Shown: one piece after another, positions 29,001-36,883 of the stretch
How positions within the stretch are numbered: the first letter of the stretch is position 1
Layout of the letters: each line of letters starts with the position of its first letter
Source: a virus
Taxonomy: Duplodnaviria > Caudoviricetes
Virus record (IMG/VR): IMGVR_UViG_3300047300_001096
Coordinates: 1 to 54,260 of that record
Direction: 5' to 3' (one strand)
Length of the DNA stretch: 54,260 bases
The notes under the pieces: generated by a model
Told to the model about the DNA's origin: nothing
Databases searched by the model: none
The model's input: only the letters and a program-made list of their open reading frames with translations
Made by a program: the position numbers and the translations under genes

Positions 29001-29350
29001 AATACACTAAAGAAATCACAGACAAATTGATACAAGACTACAAGGCTCAAATACCTGTAGCACAAATTGCACAAGAGTTAGACGTACCAGAACGTAGTGT
29101 GATCGCAAAACTCAGCTCTCTGGGCGTCTACCAGAAAAAATCATATGTCAACAAGCGTGGTGAGATTCCAGTTAAAAAATCGGAGCACATCGAACGCATT
29201 GCTGAGCTTCTGGACGTGGATGAAGAATTGTTGGAATCGCTGGAGAAGGTCAACAAAACGGTTCTCAAGCTAATTGAAGCTAAACTTGCCCAATCTGACC
29301 CTAAACTGCCACAATTAGGCACAAAAAATCAGTTATTTGAAGTTGTTTGA
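28997..29350 (+). CDS. T5 A2-like DNA-binding protein (paralog 1)
   Basis: YT.E....Y....IA..L....RSVIAKLS..GVY.KK...KK....IA....ESLEK.NK..L. Confidence 0.75.
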   Translation: MKYTKEITDKLIQDYKAQIPVAQIAQELDVPERSVIAKLSSLGVYQKKSYVNKRGEIPVKKSEHIERIAELLDVDEELLESLEKVNKTVLKLIEAKLAQSDPKLPQLGTKNQLFEVV

Positions 29351-29362
29351 ACTTAAACAAAC

Positions 29363-29398
29363 AAAAGCCCACTTATTTGAGTATAAGTGGGCTTTTTT
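29363..29398. terminator. Bidirectional intrinsic terminator
   Basis: AAAAGCCCACTTAT/ATAAGTGGGCTTTTTT. Confidence 0.85.
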
Positions 29399-29530
29399 GC
29401 GTGGGTATCGGTGACCGTGTAAATTGTGTACGATTGCTCTGGTTTAGGGTCAATTAAAGAAAACTTTAATATGGGCTGGGTCATATTAAAGCGTTTTTAA
29501 CAGTTTAGGGTCAGAGTGTAGAATATCCAC

Positions 29531-29560
29531 TTGACAAGATTTGCCACTCGGTGGTATAAT
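29531..29560 (+). promoter_or_regulatory. Consensus promoter with no downstream ORF
   Basis: TTGACA-18-TATAAT followed by GGCGC. Confidence 0.65.
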
Positions 29561-29575
29561 GGCGCAGAAATGACC

Positions 29576-29613
29576 AAAACAAAAGCCCCTGCACACGAAT
29601 GTGAGGGGCTTTT
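29576..29613. terminator. Bidirectional terminator ending the ncRNA candidate
   Basis: AAAAGCCCCT/AGGGGCTTTT stem with T-runs on both strands. Confidence 0.85.
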
Positions 29614-30157
29614 GAAAGCATTTGCAAGTGCACTTGCGTTGTCTTTTTTGTTGCATCAAGGTGTGTTTACGGATAATCAATCCAACCTTGACCCTAAACT
29701 GCCGCGTTAGCTGCCTACTCTGTTAGTCAGTGGTGATGAAGTCACTGTGAGCGTTTAGGTTGCGGGGTTTGCACGTTTCGGTCTTAACTGGGAACTCCCT
29801 ATCAAGATATCCGTGACTAACACATAGATTAACGCATTTGCTAGCGACTGAGCTTTTAGACCTTCGACAGTTTAGGGTCAGATTCGCACCATTATTTAAG
29901 CACCCGTTGCTAGGTCTTGTGCGCCTTTACAGAATGGTTTGCGCAACGCCATTCAATCGCTAGTAAGATTCCATACTTACATTACAGAACTAGGTTCTGG
30001 TCTTGGTTAGAAGATAGCTGTATTTGTTAAGCCAGTTCTTTCTGCTTTATTAGACATTTTTACGAGTGTACTAGATGGCTCGGCATGGGATATAGGGTCG
30101 GCTCCCTAGAACTACTCATTACCTAACACCAACAAGTGGTACACGCTAGGGGTTTCG

Positions 30158-30260
30158 TCCTGACCCTAAACTGCTGCAGGTTATGAGTATTGAAGTCTCA
30201 CGGACCGTGCTGCTGAGGTAGAGGGTTTCGCTGAACTTACATCAGCTCATCAGAGGGTTA
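30158..30260 (-). ncRNA. Hammerhead ribozyme-like core
   Basis: CUGAUGA-GCUGA(UGUAAGU)UCAGC-GAAA at 30253-30226; candidate AGGG-UC-AGG substrate at 30167-30159. Confidence 0.55.
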
Positions 30261-30441
30261 AGTTGGCAGCCGCTAGAGCGTTCCTCGGCTATTAAGTTGC
30301 TATCCCGCAATCAAGTGGCAGGCCTCATAACACCATGTTTGTGCTCCACGCTTGTGCGGTTGAAGCTAAGGGCTGTGGCTCAGAATTCCCCACAATTAAG
30401 ACTTATTTGACACTGATGTCACCCTATCAATTTATATAATA

Positions 30442-30470
30442 ATTATACAGTATTTAGCATACTATATCAA
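30442..30470 (-). promoter_or_regulatory. Promoter of the ncRNA candidate
   Basis: TTGATA-17-TATAAT with an A/T-rich upstream element. Confidence 0.8.
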
Positions 30471-30671
30471 GTAAAAAATTAGACACTCGCTGCAATCAGA
30501 CTACTCACAAAACAGACTAATAAATAATTTGGAGGTTGAGGTGAGATTCATTTGCAAACGGACACCAATTGCTTGGTATTCATTAAGCCCTTCTCGACTG
30601 TCTAAGATATTATTATACAGAATTTAAGGAAGAGGATCAAGTATAAATTTTTTGACCCTCAACCACAGCAA

Positions 30672-30980
30672 TCAACGCAAGTTTTGGAGAATTGCTTCCA
30701 ACACTTCGTGATTGGCTTTTTCGAGGCTATCAAATGCCTCTGGGCTAGCATTGCACAAGTTAGCAATGCGATCAACCAATTCTGCTTTCTTTACACGGGC
30801 TGTGCCCACAGTTTTAGATTTAGCAGTGTAAACACCTTCACGTGAGAGTTTTGCTACCACGCTTCGAGTGGTTTTGCCAAACATTGTTGCCAATGATTCG
30901 ACAGTTGCGCCAGCTTTGTAGTTGGCAACCAACTGAGCTGTTTGCTCAGCTGTGTAATTTACGGTTTTGTCAGTCATCAT
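30672..30980 (-). CDS. T5 A2-like protein (paralog 2)
   Basis: TVNYTAEQT...RSVVAKLSREGVY...SLEKAN. Confidence 0.8.
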   Translation of the reverse strand: MMTDKTVNYTAEQTAQLVANYKAGATVESLATMFGKTTRSVVAKLSREGVYTAKSKTVGTARVKKAELVDRIANLCNASPEAFDSLEKANHEVLEAILQNLR

Positions 30981-31037
30981 ATGTCCTTTCAAATGGTTTC
31001 TGCGCTGTTAAAGATATAATTATACAGTGTTTGAGTA

Positions 31038-31160
31038 TCAGGCACAAGTGAGAATTTCTTCGGGTATGTGCATATCTTCCAAAATTTGCGATACTTCTTG
31101 GTCAACAAAATCCTCAAACCACTGTTGTTGAGTTAACTGGAAAAATTCTTGATCTGTCAT
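31038..31160 (-). CDS. Small acidic protein (40 aa)
   Basis: Hand-translated MTDQEFFQLTQQQWFEDFVDQEVSQILEDMHIPEEILTCA; upstream promoter and RBS. Confidence 0.55.
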   Translation of the reverse strand: MTDQEFFQLTQQQWFEDFVDQEVSQILEDMHIPEEILTCA

Positions 31161-31506
31161 CTTAGAGCCTTTCTCGATTTCAATAAGAAATTATAAAATT
31201 TTTTGAAATTTTGGCCAAGACTAAGTTTTTGCACTTGAACGGGCCGCCGCTGAAAATACACTTGACAAGATAAGGTTTTCCACTGTATAATGGGCGCTGC
31301 GGCACAATCAAATTTTTGCACTTGCCAAGGTTTTGCACTGGCGCAGCAAAATACCACCAAATTTTATGGGTAAAAAATTACCCAAAACCGAAAAAAACTA
31401 GTACAAAAGTATTACTCGCGTAGAACTCCGCGGGGCTCGAAAAAATGCCCGCGGAGAATCAGTTCCGCGGGCTTTGGCGCCTGAAGTAAGCGCTTACTTC
31501 GCTTTA

Positions 31507-31755
31507 TTATCTTTTTGAAGTCAATTTATAATAAATAATAATCGACAAAAAGATTATATTTGCAGTGTAATTAAATAATAATGGCAAATCCATTTTAGGC
31601 AAAATATAAATAAAAGTTAATATTTCGCCTAAAAACCACATAGAAATAAATCCCCAAGTTAATCCCTCAGAGGATTTTGTTCTAATAGATTCAATAGCTT
31701 GTGGCAAACCACAAAATGCCATTAAAATACTGCCTAACCAACCTAAACTTTCCAT
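31507..31755 (-). CDS. PQ-loop/SemiSWEET-like membrane protein, copy 1
   Basis: LGWLGS...LPQ...TKS.EGL; three TM helices. Confidence 0.8.
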   Translation of the reverse strand: MESLGWLGSILMAFCGLPQAIESIRTKSSEGLTWGFISMWFLGEILTFIYILPKMDLPLLFNYTANIIFLSIIIYYKLTSKR

Positions 31756-31916
31756 AATGTTCCCATTATATAGAACCTCCTAAAAATTGTCAAGTTTTTA
31801 TTGAAAACAAAAGTACGCATTAGCAAAAATACAACATAGGTGTTTTCCCCTATTGACATTTTTCGGGCCGCGGAGTATTTGGCGCCGAAGTGAGCGCTCA
31901 CTTCGCTGGTGGATAA

Positions 31917-31952
31917 TAAAAAGCGATTATCTGAGATAATCAGATAATCGCT
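31917..31952 (-). terminator. Intrinsic terminator
   Basis: 13-bp stem AGCGATTATCTGA/TCAGATAATCGCT plus T-run. Confidence 0.75.
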
Positions 31953-31958
31953 AGTTAA

Positions 31959-32285
31959 TCAAATAGGCTTGCTATTTGCTAATGCGTTAAAAATCGCTTT
32001 TAATGCGTTTTTATTAGCCTTAGTTAATGATTCAATATCATTTTCGGGTAATCGCAAAATCGCACCGATTGCATCGGCATGAGTATCTTTTTTAACAACT
32101 GATTCACCAGTTTTAGTTTTATATTCTTTTTTAATATAAACTTTTTCTCGTGAAAGTTTTGCGACAATACTCCGAACAGTTTTACCAAGATTATCTGCAA
32201 TAGTTTCAACAGAAACTCCTGCTTGATAATCGTTAATCATTTTCTGAGTTTGCTCAGGGGTGTAATTTACAGTTTTTGCATTCAT
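31959..32285 (-). CDS. T5 A2-like protein (paralog 3)
   Basis: TVNYTPEQT...RSIVAKLSREKVY...ESLTKANK. Confidence 0.8.
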   Translation of the reverse strand: MNAKTVNYTPEQTQKMINDYQAGVSVETIADNLGKTVRSIVAKLSREKVYIKKEYKTKTGESVVKKDTHADAIGAILRLPENDIESLTKANKNALKAIFNALANSKPI

Positions 32286-32299
32286 AATATTCTCCTGAT

Positions 32300-32521
32300 T
32301 TAAAATGCGTTATATAATCCAAGGATATTAGCCAAAAAGAATGTACCATTTAAAACCATTAATGATTTATCTTTTCGATAATATCCAACTAAAAGCCAAG
32401 ATAATGATCCAATAATAAAGAAACAATATCCCAAAAAGAACAGTTTACTGGCAACAATAAAGGCACCGATAATACTGGATATTGTCCCAATCCATGAAAC
32501 AATATTAAGTAATTTAATCAT
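32300..32521 (-). CDS. Small three-TM membrane protein
   Basis: WIGT..SIIGA...GY..F..GS..W...D..L...N. Confidence 0.7.
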   Translation of the reverse strand: MIKLLNIVSWIGTISSIIGAFIVASKLFFLGYCFFIIGSLSWLLVGYYRKDKSLMVLNGTFFLANILGLYNAF

Positions 32522-32617
32522 ATTAAATACCATCGATAATATCCTCTGCAATAACAATACCAAAAACCATATATGTTAATAATAACATAAACATTAAAAA
32601 TTCTAATACAAATAAAA

Positions 32618-32995
32618 TCATCTTGAAATCTCCATATTGTGAAATGGATTAGGTTCTAATCCATAGTTAATCATTATCTCTTGCCATTTTTTACCATGAC
32701 CACATTTTGCCTCTGATTCACCAAACAAATTATAATCGGCTTGGTGAATAATCTCATGGGGCAAAATAACTTCTGTCATAATATCCCGATATTCAATAGA
32801 ATGTTGAAAGAATTTTGTTCCCAATTGGATAATATTATCCTCTTGGTGGCATCTACCTGCAGTCCGATATAATCTACCATTTAATTCAATAATCGGTGGA
32901 TTAAAATGAACTAATGGGGGATAAATCTCGCAAAGCCTATCCCAAATAATATTGGTTTGATTTTGCAAAATTGCTAATAAATCTTTCTTTTTCAT
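32618..32995 (-). CDS. SprT-like zinc metalloprotease
   Basis: RTAGRC, LPHEIIH, HGKKW; ATG 7 nt after TATAAT (leaderless). Confidence 0.85.
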   Translation of the reverse strand: MKKKDLLAILQNQTNIIWDRLCEIYPPLVHFNPPIIELNGRLYRTAGRCHQEDNIIQLGTKFFQHSIEYRDIMTEVILPHEIIHQADYNLFGESEAKCGHGKKWQEIMINYGLEPNPFHNMEISR

Positions 32996-33296
32996 GTTTT
33001 CTATTATACAGAGGGTTTGAGGAAATGTCAACAGATAAAAACTCACAGGGTTGTGAGAAAATTTCTAGTGGTTTCCTTTCTTGTTTTCATGCCTCTATTA
33101 TAGCAGGGTTTTGCCCTTTGTCAAGGCTTTTTTCAACTATTTTCTAGGGGTTTTCCCCTATTGACAACTGCTAAATTTTGTGGTATAATTTTGGCGCGCC
33201 GACCATGTAGTACTTGGGTTCACAAAAAATTTGAATACAAAAGTACTACCGCGGGGTATTGGCGCCTGAAGTAAGTGCTAACTAACATCAGGCTGA

Positions 33297-33545
33297 TTAT
33301 CTTTTGGGGGATAGTTTATAATAAATTATAATCGCTAAAAATATTATATTGGCAGTATAATTAAATAACAATGGCAAATCCATTTTAGGTAAAATATAAA
33401 TAAAAGTCATTATCTCACCTATAAACCACATACCAATAAAACCCCAAGTTAATCCTTCGGATGATTTTGTTTTAATAGATTCTATGGCTTGTGGTAATCC
33501 ACAAAATGCCAATAAAATACTACCTAACCAACCTATTTGTTCCAT
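33297..33545 (-). CDS. PQ-loop/SemiSWEET-like membrane protein, copy 2
   Basis: Near-identical to 31507-31755. Confidence 0.8.
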   Translation of the reverse strand: MEQIGWLGSILLAFCGLPQAIESIKTKSSEGLTWGFIGMWFIGEIMTFIYILPKMDLPLLFNYTANIIFLAIIIYYKLSPKR

Positions 33546-33660
33546 ATTAAATCCCTTGTTAATGTATTATCAAATCTATCTACATAATACTCAGATTCAT
33601 CAAATCGAATATGTTTAAAATAGAAAAATAATAACAATATAATCCATCCTAATCTATACA

Positions 33661-34362
33661 TTATTTAATCGCCATAAAATGATTTTTAGCTTGAAAATCT
33701 TTCCAGTCATAAGGCTTGATATTATCTTGCCAGTTGCGTTTTTTAATAATATGACGCAAAATCGGCAATTCAAAATCCCGTGCATCTTCTAATGCAGTAT
33801 GTGGCTCGATAATCATTTGATTATTGATAAAACCACAAACAGTTTCGGCAGTAGTTTTAAAAGTCATATTGCCGTTTGCAGTAGGTTTATTAAACTGGTG
33901 ATTATCTAAAGCAAATTGTTTAAATGCTTTGCGATTACAAATATTGCCAAGGCTTGCTTGCCATAAACAAAAACGATTATTAAAAACTGAAAGGTCAATA
34001 CCTGTATTTGCACATTTAGAATAATCAAAAGCAAGATTATATGCAGTTAATGTAGGATTATATTTGCCAATGGCTTGATTAATCCAACGATTAATTGCAT
34101 TTACCGAAGCCAACATTCTAGTGCCATTATCTAGCAAAGCAACATATTGTTTTTTGCGTTTATTCAAACCCTCATAGCCCCAAATATCATTTGCAGTTTT
34201 GTCATGGAATAATTCCATGTTGTCATAATGACCTTTGACCATTACGGCACATTGGTTGTAAATAGTACCATTACGATCAACGATAATGCAAGCAAAATCT
34301 GCAACAGTATCGTTAATGGTTGTTTCGGTGTCAATAATTGCAAAGAATTGTTTTTTAGCCAT
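33661..34362 (-). CDS. DEDDh 3'-5' exonuclease
   Basis: IDTET, AYNLAFD, HTALEDA. Confidence 0.88.
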   Translation of the reverse strand: MAKKQFFAIIDTETTINDTVADFACIIVDRNGTIYNQCAVMVKGHYDNMELFHDKTANDIWGYEGLNKRKKQYVALLDNGTRMLASVNAINRWINQAIGKYNPTLTAYNLAFDYSKCANTGIDLSVFNNRFCLWQASLGNICNRKAFKQFALDNHQFNKPTANGNMTFKTTAETVCGFINNQMIIEPHTALEDARDFELPILRHIIKKRNWQDNIKPYDWKDFQAKNHFMAIK

Positions 34363-34432
34363 TGTTTATTTTTTCGTTTAATTTAAAGGTTGATTATAAC
34401 ACAAGGTAAAAACCTTGTCAAGTGTAGGGGTA

Positions 34433-34909
34433 TTAGTGACCTTGTTTAGAGGGTACATAAACACCTCGAATATTGAAACGATCACAAACTGCTTTTAAAT
34501 AAGTTGCATTATCCTCATAAAATGTAAATTCTGCATCTTTGAATGTAATCAGATTAAAAAACTTTGCTAAACCATTTATTTTTAATGTAGAGCCAGAGAT
34601 ATTAGAATTCTCAGGTCTTGATATAATGTAATCAGGGTTTCCCAATACCTTGTCAATAAATGTATAATCGGGGGTATTGAGAACACGGGCAGTAGCAATA
34701 ATGACATAACAGTTTTCATCTTTTAAATCCCGTTTATATTGTTCGGCTAATGGCAAGAGAGAATCATTCAAAGCCAAATCTTGATTTTCTCTCCAATACT
34801 CTAAATCAATTCTTTCGCCTTTATCGTCAACGATTGTACGATAACGATGCAAACTGCAAACAATAGTTCCATCCATATCGTAAATTGAAACCCGATTAAT
34901 TTTAGCCAT
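34433..34909 (-). CDS. dmp: HAD deoxynucleoside-5'-monophosphatase (T5 Dmp-like)
   Basis: RVSIYDMDGTIVCSLHR...DSLLPL...IIATAR...FTFYED, similar to T5 Dmp. Confidence 0.78.
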   Translation of the reverse strand: MAKINRVSIYDMDGTIVCSLHRYRTIVDDKGERIDLEYWRENQDLALNDSLLPLAEQYKRDLKDENCYVIIATARVLNTPDYTFIDKVLGNPDYIISRPENSNISGSTLKINGLAKFFNLITFKDAEFTFYEDNATYLKAVCDRFNIRGVYVPSKQGH

Positions 34910-35257
34910 TTATTTTTTCCTTTAAACTATGATCTAATTATACACGATTTTTTCAAAGTGTCAACAGATAAAAACTCACAGGGTTGTGAGATTTTTTCGC
35001 ATTGATCTTTGTTGTTTTCATGTGTCCTATTATATCAGGGTTTTTTGTTTTGTCAAGGGTTTTTTCAACTATTTTCTAGGTGTTTACCCCTATTGACAAG
35101 CCAGTCAGCTTATGCTATAATTTGGCGCCGCAAACCTTGGTATTCAAAAAATTTGAAAACAAAAGTATTACCGCGCCCTTTGTCCGCGGGCAAAAAGTCC
35201 GCGGGCGATTTTGAATACCTGAGTATTCAAAAAAGTCTGCAAACCTTGGTATTCAAA

Positions 35258-35626
35258 TTATCTGCCTAGTGAAACAATGTCAATATCATAATAAGCATTG
35301 AAATAATTTCTCCATTGCGTGAAACCTGATTCTGTATCATGTGATAAATCTAAGTCTCTTTCCATTTGCCAAGCATGAACATACTCATGGGCTAGTGTGG
35401 AAAATAAATCAAGGTCTGATTTAATTTCTGATGTAGCAAATCTAATTTTGTGATTTACTTTTTTATCTGAAATTCTATCACCCTCATACATTCCCATGCA
35501 CGAATCGCCATCAAATCGCAAAACCTTGGTTTTTGCAAAGTTAACTCGATTCTTCAAATCGAATTCATCTTGTAGCATTAGCTGAAATAATCTTAGTTTG
35601 TCTGATTTAATCATTTTGTGAACCAT
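35258..35626 (-). CDS. HExxH zinc metalloprotease-like protein
   Basis: TLAHEYVHAWQ...H...F. Confidence 0.75.
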   Translation of the reverse strand: MVHKMIKSDKLRLFQLMLQDEFDLKNRVNFAKTKVLRFDGDSCMGMYEGDRISDKKVNHKIRFATSEIKSDLDLFSTLAHEYVHAWQMERDLDLSHDTESGFTQWRNYFNAYYDIDIVSLGR

Positions 35627-35893
35627 TCTAAAAGAGCAATTTTAATTGCAACAAAACCAATAAAAGCAAGCAAGTATAAAATAAATTCAATCATAGTTTA
35701 CTCGCAATGTTGGGTTGTATACCATTATGCCCGTTAGCTTACCATCTATAATAGCGCAATAGGTGAACGGCAATTTTGCAAGGATAGCCTCGTTTAAATA
35801 TTTTTGCATTTCAATCAATTTAGTGTTTATCATAGGGTAATTATAACAGGGTTTCGTTAGTGTGTCAACAGTAGGGGCAAAAGCCCCTACAGT

Positions 35894-36220
35894 TTACAAG
35901 GTCTTTTCAGTCCTAATAAAATCGGCAATCTTCATCAAAGCCATTTTGTTAGCTTTGGTAAGTGATTCCGTATCGGCTTCAGTCAAACCTAATGCTTCAC
36001 CGATAAAATCGGCATGAACATCCTTTTTAATAGGTGTCTCGCCTGATTTTGTTTTGTAGGCTTTAGCTACATAAACTTTTTCTCGTGAAAGTTTAGCAAC
36101 AACAGAACGAACAGTTTTGCCAAGGCTATCGGCAATTGATTCAACAGTCATGCCTGATTGATATTGAGCAATCATCTTTTCGGTTTGCTCGGGTGTGTAG
36201 TTTACAGTTTTTGCAGTCAT
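35894..36220 (-). CDS. T5 A2-like protein (paralog 4)
   Basis: TVNYTPEQT...RSVVAKLSREKVY...ESLTKANK. Confidence 0.8.
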   Translation of the reverse strand: MTAKTVNYTPEQTEKMIAQYQSGMTVESIADSLGKTVRSVVAKLSREKVYVAKAYKTKSGETPIKKDVHADFIGEALGLTEADTESLTKANKMALMKIADFIRTEKTL

Positions 36221-36883
36221 TTTATTTTCTCCTAAAATTAAATTATATCACAATGGCTTCATCATTGCAAGCCATATCCACAATGGAACAAAGGTTATTG
36301 CAACAAACAATGTTCCTTGCAATAATTCTTTCAAAAATTTATTCATGGTTAACAGTCTCTTTCAAACCTAATTTTGCCAAGTATTTGGCAATGTGAACAA
36401 CAGTGTTACCGAATTCATCTTTGAATTCTTCATTGGTAACTGTATAGCTACCCTCAAAAGGTAAGTCATCTAAGTTGAGGTTAAGTTGTTTAGTGTATAA
36501 CATTTTGATTTCCTTTAATCTATGTGTCCTATTATACAGGGTTTTTAAGTTTTGTCAAGGGTTTTTTCAACTATTTTCTAGGTGTTTTCCCTATGTAAAC
36601 TTTTGTTTCCTTGTAGTCCTTTTCTTCCTTTGTTACCCTCTATTATATAGAGTCTAAAAATTTTGTCAAATCTTTTTTGAAAACAAAAGTTCACATTAGC
36701 ATAAATACAACATAGGGATAAACCCCTATTGACAGGGGGGTTCGGAGACTGTATAATCCCCCACGCTACACCGCCCCCCGACACGGCCACTATGTGGAAA
36801 ATTTCCAAACACCCTAAGGTGCCAAAATCCACGCTTGCAAAAATATCCCTAAACTGCTATAATCAACACAAAAGGATACCATT

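Larger units (their letters stand above)
27793..30173. repeat. Dispersed 13-bp repeat TGACCCTAAACTG, both orientations
   Basis: Exact copies at 28120, 28655, 29296, 29501, 29689, 29868 and 30161 (plus 8707); near copies at 27793 and 29440, partial at 28418. Confidence 0.95.
29575..30435 (-). ncRNA. Candidate large (~850 nt) structured ncRNA
   Basis: No credible ORF; own promoter and terminator; multiple long-range stems; hammerhead core. Confidence 0.6.
31427..35206. repeat. GC-rich CCGCGG/TTGGCGC blocks with GAAGTRAGCGCTYACTTC palindromes
   Basis: Blocks at ~31427-31501, 31865-31905, 33249-33293 and 35171-35206. Confidence 0.85.

Noticed and set aside
29486-29680. 64-aa minus-strand ORF at the end of the ncRNA candidate
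   Set aside because: It has a non-ATG start and no RBS, and runs through a terminator and an opposing promoter
27793-30173. The repeat cluster as a CRISPR array or telomere-like (TTTAGGG) repeats
   Set aside because: The repeats are 13 bp, irregularly spaced, in both orientations and not tandem; no cas or reverse transcriptase gene is seen
31890-31901. GTGAGCGCTCAC equals the core of the symmetric lac operator
   Set aside because: The flanks differ and the sister palindrome changes the core; no LacI-family gene is seen
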